64,000 nt of DNA, taken from positions 85,002,001-85,066,000 of the forward strand of contig OX597815.1 of NCBI GenBank assembly GCA_951406725.2. The letters are read 5' to 3'. The notes beneath the pieces were generated by a model that worked only from the letters and a program-made list of their open reading frames with translations, was not told the DNA's origin and searched no databases. This DNA is from Octopus vulgaris. Lineage: Eukaryota. The translations under genes were made by a program, and so were the position numbers. Position 1 is the first letter of the stretch; each line of letters starts with the position of its first letter. Of this stretch, positions 1 to 11,757 are shown piece after piece.

Positions 1-1318
1 TTTTCTTTTCCTTTTATGCAAACAGTCAAATTTAGCCCAAACACCCGATAGTATATGAGACAGGCATAAGAAATCTGCTACTCTACTGAACAAAACATAG
101 ACAGGAAATATAACAAATGATGTGTAACAATTATAGTAGACTGAGTTAAGTATAAAACTCTGAATGGAAAAAGTGAGCTTATGAGCATGGCTGGAATGAG
201 TTGACAAATTGAGTCAGGCATTACAAACATTGGTAACAGTGGCATAACTTATTGGGGAGCAAGGGAAGTGACCACTCCCGCTGAGCACATTTTTCAAAAT
301 TGATGTCTTTTCAACAATTTTTTTCTTTGCTCTTTAGTTACCTACATCAGTAGTTGAAAGTTTCAAACATAACGATATTATTACTGGATCATAAGCTTAA
401 TGAAAGTAGAAAACAATTACATATAACTATTGAAATATTTCATATAATATAAGATAAACAAGTTAAAAATTGTTTGATATGTGTCACAACACCTTTTTTT
501 TGTGTGTGCTCGCTCTCACAAACTTTAGAACCTAGCTAGACTTCTGATTGGTACATGTATATCAGTAAAGATGACTAATGTCATATGGGTACACAATCTG
601 ACTAGATGACATAGGAACATGTGTTAATAATGTAAAGTAGTGATTCTCAAACAGTATGCTGCAAGGAATATTTATGAACACTGCTGGTTTTGAAAAATGT
701 AATTTAAGGCTTTAGAAAATCCAAACATTGCTAACGTATCTTGAAAGCATGTTACTTATAAGTTTCTTATGCACATGTATGATTATTTGAACAAGATGAG
801 TAATACTTCTTTATATTCTTTGCTAGATTATTAGCATGAAAAATTGTTTTTGTTTTGTTGAACTTTCCATATGAGGTGTGCCATTTTTATTTTCTTATTT
901 GATCTTCTGTGTGCTATGATGTCAAAAATATTAAGAACCTTGCTACTACCTTATGTAAACACTTTAGTACTATGTAAGGTATCTTATGATAGATATTAGA
1001 CCAAGTAAAAATTAGTAGATAATGAAATGAGCCTTGAAAACATTAAGTTTCAGATGAGAGAGTTACGTGATTGAGATGCATGAAGAGATGATGTATAACA
1101 GACTTATACAACCTAAGTAGTCTTAATGAAAATGCTGACTCTAAAAGGATTACAAAAATGATATGATGATGCCTGAAGATTTGAATGATAATTGTGACAG
1201 TGGTGGGTAAGATGGAATAATGCAATATATAACACATGGTCCAAGTTTTGAGTAAGTCTGCATTAACTGCACCTACAGCTTATAATGATTTAACAAAATT
1301 TTATTTTGTATCTTTCAG

Positions 1319-1346
1319 GAATTGTCTTGGGTGGAGTTCTAATGTG
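1319..1346 (+). CDS. SERAC1: SERAC1 coding exon (first in window; 28-nt microexon, xIVLGGVLMC)
   Basis: tctttcag acceptor and TG|gtaagt donor; phase joins exon 1997-2115; hydrophobic ILGG-type N-terminal segment as recalled for SERAC1. Confidence 0.75.
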
Positions 1347-1996
1347 GTAAGTACACCTTTCACATTATATACTTTTCACAGTTGTTTTTGTAGGTTATTG
1401 TGTTCTGTTATAAACTCAGGCCGATCAAAGCCTTGTGAGAGGATTTAGTTGGCAGAAATTGAAAGAAGTCTGTCATGCGTGCATGTGTGTGTGTGTGTGT
1501 GTGTGTGTGTCCTTGCCTTTATATAGTTGTAAGTGAATATCACTGTCATGCAAATGATGTCCTTTGTCTTCATTCTTTGGAGACATGTTTGATCATGGGG
1601 AAATACTGCCATTGTTAAAAACTGGTGAGGGTTGGCAACTTGGAGGGCATCGGGCTGTAGAAAGTTTGTCTCAACAAAATTCCTGTCTGTTGTGGTTAAC
1701 ATTCTTTTATACATATGCTACGTCTTTCCAACAGCTATTTAGAATAGCTAAGTTGGTGTTGGTTTGTCCCATTACCCAGAATTCATTATTTTCAGAAAAT
1801 CTGTCTTGAACTTTTTAGTTATGCTCTCGAAAGATCAACCCAGTTCTCAATAACCTGAATGCTAGCAAGTTAATTTTCTTCATTTGTTTCATTGATGTGT
1901 CTTTTCAAAATATTTTTTCTTTGAATGTATAAAAAAAGCAGTTTAGGTTATAAACTGTTTCTAAGCATTGGTATGTTTTGTTAACCTTTCTTTCAG

Positions 1997-2115
1997 TGGG
2001 TCAGCAGTTTACCTCGAGGTTAAGATGTTAGATGAAAACCTGCCCTCCTTCAATAACGTCTCTAATATGGATCGTAGATCTGAATCAAAATTTTCTCAAA
2101 GTTTCTCACGTATCG
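1997..2115 (+). CDS. SERAC1: SERAC1 exon (GSAVYLEVKML...FSRI)
   Basis: ctttcag acceptor, G|gtgagt donor, open frame, phases 2/1 consistent with neighbours. Confidence 0.8.
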
Positions 2116-3189
2116 GTGAGTAAAACATGGATGTCTCTCATTATTCACTTGGTCACATTAATCATTGGTTACTTTTTCTGACTTGTTTAAGTACTTATAT
2201 AACTGCTGTTGTATCAATGGCTAGCAAGCTTGCTTGCTATGCTGCACTGGGGAAACATTTATAGAATTTATTTGTTTCTTGCAAGATGTTGTATGAACTT
2301 GACTAATGCTAACTGATCAATGAACTTTATTAATCCTCTCAGGTGTATTATTTTCCAGTATCACTTTTGATGATGTGATTGTTATTTCTAAAATGACATC
2401 GTAGGGTAGGTGTAAGAGGTCAAATCTGGCCAGTTTGAACATAAAACAGATAGAATATTTGAGCCAGATACAGCCAGTTTAAATGCTAAAAGGTTCAGGA
2501 AATGATAATTAAGTAGCTCAATACCCATCACTACACTGCTACAAATTCTTAACTACTGCTTCTCGGAGAGAAGCTGATTTGAGGACACACCTCTTGAAAA
2601 TGGTGCAACTCAATGATAGATGCTCTTGCAGTCACTTGACCTGTTAAAAATAGCTGTCAAATGTCTTGAAAAAATGCTAATAATGCACTATGTATGAGAA
2701 AACAATCTCTGCCCAGAGGTTTTCTCACTAAGATTAACTCGGGTTAAATGACGACAGCATATAAGAGTAACATTTATGGAAATAAATTCTGTTTGATTAT
2801 GACCTATCTCTTAAATATTCTTTTTTCAGTTGACCTAAACACTGGCCCAGTAAAAGTAAAACCAAGAAGTGATAAGCTAGGTAAGGGAAATTTCCTTCTG
2901 TAATCAAATAACAGAAATTACTACTAAAACGTTTTATCCCTATGATAGTTTTAACAAAAATTAAAATCTGAAGTCCAAAGAAATCAGTAGTGGTTTGTAT
3001 GAGCAAAAATTCACTCAGCAAAGTTCATAAATCTGTTGGTAAGAGGACAAGAATTTTCATCTTGCCACATTGTATAAACTTATCCAAATTTATGAGTATA
3101 ACCTAAGCCAGGTCAAGTGAGTTATATCAGTTTGACCTATTTTGAATTGACTCTTTCTTTTTTTGTTTTTCTTTAAAAAGAAATATAGA

Positions 3190-3586
3190 TGGAGTGGTTG
3201 TGTGGTAAGTAGCTTGCTTACCAACTACATGGTTCCAGGTTCAGTCCCACTGCATGGCACCTTGGGCAAGTATCTTCTACTTTAGCCTCGGGCCGACCAA
3301 AGCCTTGTGAGTGGATTTGGTAGACAGAAACTGAAAGAAGCCCATCGTATATATGTATATATATGTGTGTTTGTGTGTCTGTGTTTGTACCCCCAACATC
3401 GCTTGACAACCGATGCTGGTGTGTTTGCATCCCGGTAACTTAGTGGTTCGGCAAAAGAGACCGATAGAATATGTACTAGGCTTACAAAGAATAAGTCCTG
3501 GGGTCGATTTACTTGACTAAAGGAGGTGCTCCAGCATGGCCACAGTCAAATGACTGAAACAAGTAAAAGATTAAAGAGTAAAAGAG
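3190..3586 (+). mobile_element. tRNA-derived SINE, family A, full length
   Basis: A/B-box head (GGAGTGGCTGTGTGGTAAG...GGTTCAGTCCC), internal (TA)/(TG) tract, tail ...TGACTGAAACAAGTAAAAGA; many copies in window. Confidence 0.9.
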
Positions 3587-4065
3587 ATGTGGTTAATGAA
3601 AAAGGATGTTTATTGTTTCTGACAAAAGTTACTACCTTATCTTGTATTGTTCTATAAATTATCTGAACACCGAGGTAAACTTGAATAGAAAGATCTTTTG
3701 AAGATCTCAGGATGCTCGACCTCACTGACAGTGAACTGGCATTACAACATATGCCGAAAAAATGCCATGTGGCATTTGTTGTGTCTCTTTGCACTCCAGG
3801 TTCAAATCCTGCCAACATCAACTTTGTCTTGCATTCCTTTGGGGTGAGTAAATAAAGTACCCATACAGAACAGTAGATCAGCTTGGTGACATTGTTAAAG
3901 CATTGGACATGATACTTTGCTGTAATTGTTTCAGCTCTTGGTGTTCTGAGTTCTTGAGCGCTGATTTAATCACTGCCTGTTACTGCCTTTAGCCTAGTTC
4001 ACTCTGTTGCAAGTATTCAATGCAGATCTTATAACTTCTTCCCTTATCCCAGCAGCCTGAAAACA

Positions 4066-4125
<60 letters not shown>

Positions 4126-4129
4126 ACAC

Positions 4130-4236
4130 ATCATGTTGAAAACACTGGTTCTCGTCCGATCACTGAAGTTAAACAACATCGAGCCTAGTTGGTACTTAGA
4201 TGGGTGACCGCTTGGGAAACCTAGGTGCTGTAAGCA
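4130..4236 (+). pseudogene. 5S rRNA pseudogene, 5'-truncated
   Basis: GTTGAAAACAC(T)GGTTCTCGTCCGATCAC(T)GAAGTTAA...GTACTT(A)GATGGGTGACCGC(T)TGGGAA...GGTGCTGTAAGC; first ~10 nt replaced by (CA)n; CpG decay; no T-run terminator. Confidence 0.9.
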
Positions 4237-4246
4237 TAATTTAGTA

Positions 4247-4319
4247 GGTGTAGGAGTGGCTGTGTGGTAAGTAGCTTGCTTATGAACTACATCGTTCCAG
4301 GTTCAGTCCAACTGCAAGG

Positions 4320-4389
<70 letters not shown>

Positions 4390-4632
4390 TGTGTGTGTGT
4401 ATGTATGTATGTGTGTGTGTGTCTGTGTTTATGTGTCTGTGTTTGTCCCCCAACATTGACAACCGATGCTGGTGTGTTTACGTCCCTGTAACTTAGCGGT
4501 TTGGCAAAAGAGACCAATAGAATAAGTATTAGGCTTACAAAGAATAGGTCCTGGGGTCGATTTGCTCGACTAAAAGTGGTGCTCCAGCATGACCACAGTC
4601 AAATGACTGAAACAAGTAAAAGAGTAAAAGAG
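4247..4632 (+). mobile_element. SINE family A with internal deletion
   Basis: head and tail match 3190-3586. Confidence 0.85.
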
Positions 4633-5008
4633 ATATGTATATTAAATTTTAGTCATAAAGTTACCAATGGTTTTGCATCCATGATAGCCACAGCCTTGAG
4701 GACAGCTCATTAGACTCTACACACACACACACACACACACATATTTATAGGGTTGTTTGTATTACTTTCTATCTCTAAGAAGTAGAAAATGTTGAGATTG
4801 CAAAAGATTGGTATGTAGCATAATACTGTATAGCAGACCCATGCCAGCATTTGAAAATGAACCTTAAAACATTGATCCAGTACTTAGTCATGACCATTTT
4901 AATTGCAAATCAAAATACTTTCATGCTCTCTCATGCTCCCTCCCTCTCCCTCTCTCGCAAGCTTAAACAAAACAATATAACCTGGTTCTTGTTTCTATTT
5001 ATCCACAG

Positions 5009-5134
5009 CTGCTATTCTACCCTGGCTTATGTCGCAGACCAATGACCACTGGAATCTTCTGAAACTGGCACAGTCAGAGAGTCGCCTTGCTCGAATTGTT
5101 GGAGTCAAGAGACTTGTTCAAAAGAGTTGGGAAG
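5009..5134 (+). CDS. SERAC1: SERAC1 exon (AILPWLMSQTNDHWNLLKLAQSESRLARIVGVKRLVQKSWE); donor probably GC, alternative GT 3 nt downstream (end 5137)
   Basis: ccacag acceptor; resembles the recalled SERAC1 W-LL-K..S...R...V segment; joins next exon as W-E-D-Y. Confidence 0.8.
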
Positions 5135-5585
5135 GCAGTTATTTGTTTGTTTCATTTTTTTGTTGATTTGTTGTTTATCCTTGTTTCAATTTTTTTGTTT
5201 CCTTTTAATACTTTAAAACAATTTGGTGTTCATTTATGGTTGTTAATCTTATTCCATTTTTCTCCAGATGCATTTGAAAATGTAACACCAAATGCATCTT
5301 TATGTGTCTCAGATGCATACATTATTCCTGGGGAGGGGGTTAATTGTGTTTCTTGCATTCCGTTTAAATGAGAATATGCAACAGTCCTTAATAACATTAT
5401 ATTTTGTAGCTGTGTAGATGTGTGATATCTGGTGTTTTACTTGTGGATTTTTTCTGTTTCTCCTATCCTATACTGCTCTAATTATAATGGGGACAATTTT
5501 TACACTTGTTTCTCACATATGATTTACCCCTACCTTTAAATTTCTATATTTTGACTCAATTTGGAAAACTTATGCATTGCATGAC

Positions 5586-5770
5586 ATGCTAGAAATAACT
5601 ACCAAATCTTCCTCTGATCACACACTATAATCTTAAAAAAAAAAGGATGGATCTATTGGATAATGTAGTTCTAGATATACTATGCCCGATAAAAAAAAGG
5701 TGGATGGACATAGCTTGGTTGTATTTGATTGTAGTTTTTTTCTCAATCAGAACTGACTTGGAGGTTAACA
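5586..5770 (+). repeat. old dispersed repeat (GCTAGAAATA.C..CCAAATCT... family; also ~21040-21200, 25650-25710, 35100-35150, 37270-37440, 40990-41130, 45990-46145)
   Basis: recurring degenerate motif on both strands. Confidence 0.55.
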
Positions 5771-6531
5771 ATGACAGAAACAATCCTGGTATACCACAAA
5801 ATACCTGTTTGTAAACAATCAGCTACAAACTATAAATCGTTAGTCTTATATCTCATTCATGGCACCATATAGACCCTTGAGAATAGCATGTGTACAATCA
5901 CTCAGTTTAATTTTTCCTTCACTTTGGATGAACATTTCAAGCAACTGCTCAATTTCCAAAACTATAATGAGGATCTTCCTGAACTTGTTGCTTGGCATTT
6001 CAATCAGCCAAGCTTTCATACAATCCACTTTTGGCTTATGGTATCTCTTTATGTGTTTGGTTCTCTGACAATTGCACACATAAGAAAGGAAATTGATGTT
6101 GTCTTTGAATACCATTACATTATGTGGTCTCCTTGAATTACTTCTGTCTATTTCTATCAAAAGTTGGCTATTTGTCTTTGTTGTTCTTATGCATATCTTC
6201 TAGATTCAGTTGATTGAGCTCATAAAGATGAATGAGCAAAAGAATTTATCATCAAGGTTTGCAGCCTTTCAAATTTTTTTATGTCTTCTTTCTTACAGCA
6301 CAAAATCCAATCTTCTTATCCCTCTCCTTCTTCCTCATACCTTTACCCTTTCTCATATTGCCTCCTACTAATTTGTCATTCCTATATCCACACCCTCTTT
6401 TTCATTCTATATATTTCCTATTTTCATTACAACCTGGGGTCCCTTATTTTCCCTTGTTTGTACTGTTTTTTACCTCACTTCCACAAACCTGACATGTTTT
6501 CCCTATGAAAGAAATCATCTTTTTTCTACAG

Positions 6532-6650
6532 ACTATGAATACCGAGAGATACGGCAAGCAGCTGACTACCGAACTTTCATTGGTCTTGCACGGTCAGAAA
6601 ATGCTGATATGCGGTTTTTCAGAAAGCCTCCTCAGATTACCGATACAAAG
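6532..6650 (+). CDS. SERAC1: SERAC1 exon (DYEYREIRQAADYRTFIGLARSENADMRFFRKPP)
   Basis: matches recalled SERAC1 motif DYQYR..AQA.D..T.IGLARS...D.RFF..PP; ag/gt boundaries. Confidence 0.92.
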
Positions 6651-6751
6651 GTATCATTGAATCATTTTTTCTCATTTCATTTTGTTTTATTTGTTTAGCT
6701 TTGGATTGTTGTTGCCCTGTGTCCATTCATTCAAAGTTAAATTATTACAAT

Positions 6752-7048
6752 GTGGAGGCATATGGCTTAGTGGTTAGAGCAGCGGACTCGCGGTCGAGAG
6801 ATCACGTGTTCGAATCTCAGACCAGGCGATGTGTGTGTTTATGAGCGAAACACCTAAGCTCCAGCAGAAGGTAATGGCGAACTTCTGCTGACTCTTTTGC
6901 CACAACTTTCTCTCGCTCTTTCCTCCTGCATTTTGCAGCTCACCTGCGACAGACCGGTGTCCCGTCCAGGTGGGGAACCTATACGCCATGGAAACCGGGA
7001 AACCGGCCCTTATGAGCCAGGCGTGGCTCGAGAAGGAACAAACAACAG
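6752..7048 (+). mobile_element. tRNA-derived SINE, family B
   Basis: TGGCTTAGTGGTTAGAGC A box, GTTCGAATC B box, tail GAGAAGGAACAAAC; second copy at 44579-44880. Confidence 0.88.
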
Positions 7049-7304
7049 TGACCTGAAAGGGGCTTCACTACCTTGGTGTTCAAGGTGTTCAATTCTGGTT
7101 TATTGTAACATTAAGCAGATAAGACAAATGTCTCCCACTTCACTTTATTGACAGAACAGCATTCAGATAACATTTCTAATAAGAGGAGCTGGACTGAGCA
7201 CTAGAAATAATTAAATACCTTTCAATTTTACTGTGCTGCCACTGCTCATCATAATGAGCCATTCCTCTTGTGTAATTTCTATCATTTCTCTTATCAACCA
7301 AGCT

Positions 7305-7690
7305 TGTTGTTGGCATCCTTTTGTCTTGGGAGACAATGGAGTTGCGCATAAACTAATCCAGTCTGGGTTTTACATTTCATGTCCTCTCCAGTTTTGCGCA
7401 GGCCTGGGCTAGATGTAAGAAAATCCTGGGTAGCCCAATCGTCAGGATTCCTCTCTTGACCTTGCTGACATAATCCAAAGGAGTGTAGAGCATTACGTTT
7501 GGCACCAGCTTGGTTGCAGGAGCTGCCAGAAGAGTGTCGAGTTGAACACTAAACCACCTATGGGGCTCCACCCCAGATTTCTTTGAACGTTTTCTCCTTT
7601 CCATAACCCTGGATAGGGGCCCATACTGGGTACTGTCAGCCAGAGGCAGCTGAGCCTGGGACTCATGCCAGGCAGGGTTGTCACTCCCTA
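7305..7690 (-). mobile_element. non-autonomous bipartite RTE/BovB-like element (5' UTR piece joined to 3' tail)
   Basis: minus strand GGCAGCTCCTGCAACCAAGCTGGTGCCAAACG and terminal ...ATTGTCTCCCAAGACAAAAGGATGCCAACAACA resemble recalled BovB-type ends. Confidence 0.5.
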
Positions 7691-8399
7691 AAGTATTGAA
7701 GAAAATTGCTACCCACTACCTATATTCTTGAAGCTTACAGCTTCAAGAATAGACACAGCACTAATCATTTATCTTTAATAAAATTAGCAAAAAGCATACA
7801 ATGAACTTGCCATGGGGAGTGGTAAAAAAGAGACATCTGTCTGAAACATTGGATTCTTCCAGTTTCCCCTGGAAAGTTTACTGTGATCTTTTTCTTTATT
7901 TTTCTAAATAATACAGGTTTTGCCAATACAGACCAACAGTAGTTTCTTTGAGTCTTGTTTTATCATGTTTATCTTTGATACCCTATTAGATGATAGGGTG
8001 TATTTGGTTCTTCTCAGTATTTAACCATGTAGCATTTAAACTGGCTATATCCGCCTAAAATATTCTGCTACCCTACAATGTTAATCTAAAATTAAACTAT
8101 CACATCCTGAAAATTTTGAAGCTACAAGATAATACATGATTAAATTTTGAAAATGTGAATAAATAAACATCACTTTTGACAAAGTAATCTGAATACTAAA
8201 GGATTAAATACTGTGGAAAAATAAAAACATTCAAATTGATTTTGCTTTAGTCCTTATCAAAATCTCTTTAGACGAATACATGAAAAAATATTGTATTGTC
8301 ATTTTAGCCTTACAGATGAGATGACAAAACATGAAGATAAGATGAGAACCAATATACTGTATGTTAAGACCTATTCAACTTGTGCTAACATGGAGAAAC

Positions 8400-8630
8400 A
8401 GATCTTTTATCTTTTACTTGTTTTATTCATTAAACTGTGGCCATGCTGGGGCACCACCTTGAAGAATTTGTAGCCAGATGAATTGAACCCAGTATCTATT
8501 TTATTTAAGCCTGGCACTTATTCTATTGATCTCTTTTGCAAAACTGCTAAATTACGGGCACAGAAACCCATTAATATCAGTTGCCAAGCACTGGTGGGGG
8601 ACAAACACAAAACACACACATACATATGTG
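8400..8630 (-). mobile_element. SINE family A 3' fragment (similar antisense pieces at ~10395-10610 and ~11985-12110)
   Basis: reverse complement of family A tail. Confidence 0.7.
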
Positions 8631-8639
8631 TGTGTGTGT

Positions 8640-9632
8640 GTTAATGCCTTGAGAGAAAAGTTGAACCTAAGAAGCATCAGATGTAGTGTGCAAAAGAGAT
8701 GACTGCGCTGGTATGGTCATGTGATGAGAATGTATGAGGATAGCTGTGTGAAAAAGTGTCACACTTTAGCAGTTGAGGGAACCTGTGGAAGAGGTAGACC
8801 CAGGAAGACCTGGGATTAGGTAGTGAAGCACGACCTTCGAACATTAAGCCTCACCGAGGCAATGACTAGTGACTGAGACCTTTGGAAATATGCTGTGCTN
8901 NNNNNNNNNNNNNNNNNNNNNNNNNNNNNNNNNNNNNNNNNNNNNNNNNNNNNNNNNNNNNNNNNNNNNNNNNNNNNNNNNNNNNNNNNNNNNNNNNNNT
9001 GAGAAGACCCAGCAAGGTGAGACCATAACCCATGGCCTATGCCAGTGGTGTAACCAGCCCACTTATGCATACCTTTCTTTCATTGGACACTAAACTCTGC
9101 TTGTGAAGACCTGTTGAGGCAAGTGAAATCGAAATCAAATTCACTGATGTGGCCAATGACAGCACCGCCTGACTGGCATCCATACTAGTGGAACATTAAG
9201 TGCACCATCCGAGTGTGATGGTTGCCAGGGCCGCTGACTGGCTCCTGTGTCGATGGCACATAAAAAGCACCATTTGAGCGTGATTGTTACCAGCGTCGCC
9301 TTTGGCACTTTTGCCGGTAGCACGTGAAAAACAACATTTGAGCGAGGTCGTTGCCAATGCCACTGGACTGGCTCCTGTACAGGTGGCACATAAAAGGCAC
9401 CATTTGAGCATGGCCATTGCCAGTACTGCCTGACTGGCCCTCATGCCGGTGGCACATAAAAGCACCCACTACACTCACAGAGTGGTTGGCGTTAGGAAGG
9501 GTATCCAGCTGTAGAAACTCTGCCTGATCAGATTGGAGCCTGGTGCAGCCATCTGGTTTGCCAGACCTCAGTCAAATCGTCCAACCCATGCTAGCATGGA
9601 AAGCGGACGTTAAACGATTATGATGATGATGA
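8640..9632 (+). mobile_element. 5'-truncated RTE-clade LINE (ORF C-terminus, 3' UTR, (GAT)n tail) spanning the N gap
   Basis: GTCGRGRPRKTW coding; GGTTGGCGTTAGGAAGGG...CCCATGCTAGCATGGAAAGCGGACGTTAAAC tail. Confidence 0.9.
8900..8999. other. assembly gap (100 N)
   Basis: run of n. Confidence 1.
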
Positions 9633-10230
9633 CTTCTTTTGATATATACAATCTGTTTCAGTTCATTTCTAAAATAACAAAAAATTTATTAAAATAGCTA
9701 GTTCTAAAATCTCTAAATGAGATATAAGTAATAACAATACTAGACAGTAACCAGACATTTTTCCTGGGATTAAAATGTAGTAACATAGTTTTTTGTAGTG
9801 GCAAAAAAAGTTACCTTTATTAAAATAACTTTGTTATTATTACACTGGTGTTTGGAATGAATTAACATGATATTTTGATGAAAGGTTTTACTTTAGATCA
9901 CTTAAAAACAGGAAATTTGTGTATTAGAGCCCCAGTCAGTCCCAGGTAGATTGATATCAAAGGGATTAAACAATGTGGTCCTAGACAGAAGGTTAGTTGG
10001 CATTAGGAAGGGCATCCAGCTGTAGAAACCATGCAAAATCAAACTGGAACTTGGTGCAGCTCTCCTGCTTACCAGTTTCAGTCAAACTGTCTAAACCATG
10101 CCAGCATGGAAAGTAGATGCTAAATGATTATGACGATGATGATCCTATCAACTACGTTGACCCATGGCTAAACAACAACGATTAATTAGAAAAGAATACT
10201 GAAATACATAAATATTATTTCATATTTCAG

Positions 10231-10347
10231 AAGGAACTGTTAACAGAATTACGAGAATTGCTAGCAAGTCTTCCGGTGACAGAAGATCCATGTGTTGGAT
10301 ACTTCACTTCTGCAGGTCTTCAAAAAAAAGAAACTAGAGATTTAGGG
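10231..10347 (+). CDS. SERAC1: SERAC1 exon (KELLTELRELLASLPVTEDPCVGYFTSAGL)
   Basis: ELR.LLASLP....C..YFTS motif; phase 0/0; tttcag and gtgagt. Confidence 0.92.
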
Positions 10348-10619
10348 GTGAGTTTTGAAAAATTTTCTCTTTTGTTTATTCTCTTTTTAAAAAATTTTTT
10401 TTTTTTACTTATTTCAGTCATTTGACTGTGACCATGGTGGATCACCACCTCGAAGTGTTTTTGTCAAACAATTTGACCCCAAGACTTATATTTAAGCCTA
10501 GTCCTTATTCTATTGTTCTCTTTGCTGAACAGCTAAGTTACAGAGAACTTAAACACGCCAACACTAGTTCTCAAGCAATGATGGAGGAGTGCAGACACAG
10601 ACACAAGCTTCATGTATAA

Positions 10620-10686
<67 letters not shown>

Positions 10687-10690
10687 GTGC

Positions 10691-10721
<31 letters not shown>

Positions 10722-10892
10722 CAAATTGAGATAGAGGTTGTAAATGCAACCCTCCATGGGATAACATATATCTAATATACTGCTAGTGAAGTACCCAACA
10801 AAGTTAATACATAAATGTTCATGATTGCGATGCAATCAATTCATTTACTGTATTATATGGGCAAAGGTAAAATGATTTACTACAAATTACTA

Positions 10893-11757
10893 ATACAATA
10901 TAAGAAAATGGAGAAATACATCTAAATCAAACATCAATTACCAGATAATACTCAATCACATACTTTATTAAACCACCACATAAGAGACTGTAGGGTTAAA
11001 TATAAAAAGCAGAACAAATCAGTGTACATAAAGGAATGTACATAAAAAGTGTACATAAAAGAGTAATGTTGTTTAATAAGTAGAATATATATAAAAGAGA
11101 ATATAAATATAAGTATAGATTACATCTTACAGCTATTTCGGCCATGTAGGTAAGTATGTCTCATTTTACCAATATTAGCCTTTTATGGTAGGTCAATATA
11201 TAGATATAAATGAGACATTTACAAAAATATCATAAGGCCTCTTCGGAGATTATGTAATATAAATCAGTCTACATATATACCCACATGGGTGTGGGTACAT
11301 ACCCATAATACAACATATACATATGAGTGCATATACTCACACTCCTATACATATAAAAATATACATATACATAATGATATAAATAAATAATATAAATTAG
11401 TAAACATATATATGTGTTCCACATTCAATGTCTCAGTTTTTCGACTTAATATTGTGATAATAAACATACACAAATTAGAACCTAGATGCAAATATACATA
11501 GTCAATCGTACATTATATTACTTCATACTAATTTCTAAAGTATTTATATTCTATTTTATATATATTCTACTTATTAAACAACATTACTCTTTTATGTACA
11601 CTTTTTATGTACATTCCTTTATGTACACTGATTTGTTCTGCTTTTTATATTTAACCCTACAGTCTCTTATGTGGTGGTTTAATAAAGTATGTGATTGAGT
11701 ATTATCTGGTAATTGATATTTGATTTAGATGTATTTCTCCATTTTCTTATCTTGTAT
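10893..11757. repeat. inverted repeat, ~217-bp arms (10893-11109 / 11541-11757)
   Basis: near-perfect reverse complement seen directly. Confidence 0.95.
11120..11257 (-). ncRNA. hammerhead-like fold (CCGAAGA core variant) between 217-bp inverted repeats
   Basis: ATCT-CCGAAGA-GGCC...GGCC-GAAA-TAGCT-GTA-AGAT. Confidence 0.55.

Noticed and set aside
237-945. Possible hAT-type MITE ends (CAGTGGCATAACT; GTGATTCTCAA...AAGAACC)
   Set aside because: TIRs too degenerate and no TSD verified.
4130-4236. Functional 5S rRNA gene
   Set aside because: 5' end missing, several transitions, no terminator, solitary copy.
6752-6830. tRNA gene-like A/B boxes (also 3190, 22541, 44579)
   Set aside because: No complete cloverleaf; each continues into a multi-copy SINE body.
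10228-10233. NAGNAG acceptor (CAGAAG) at a SERAC1 exon
   Set aside because: Common motif with no evidence of alternative use.
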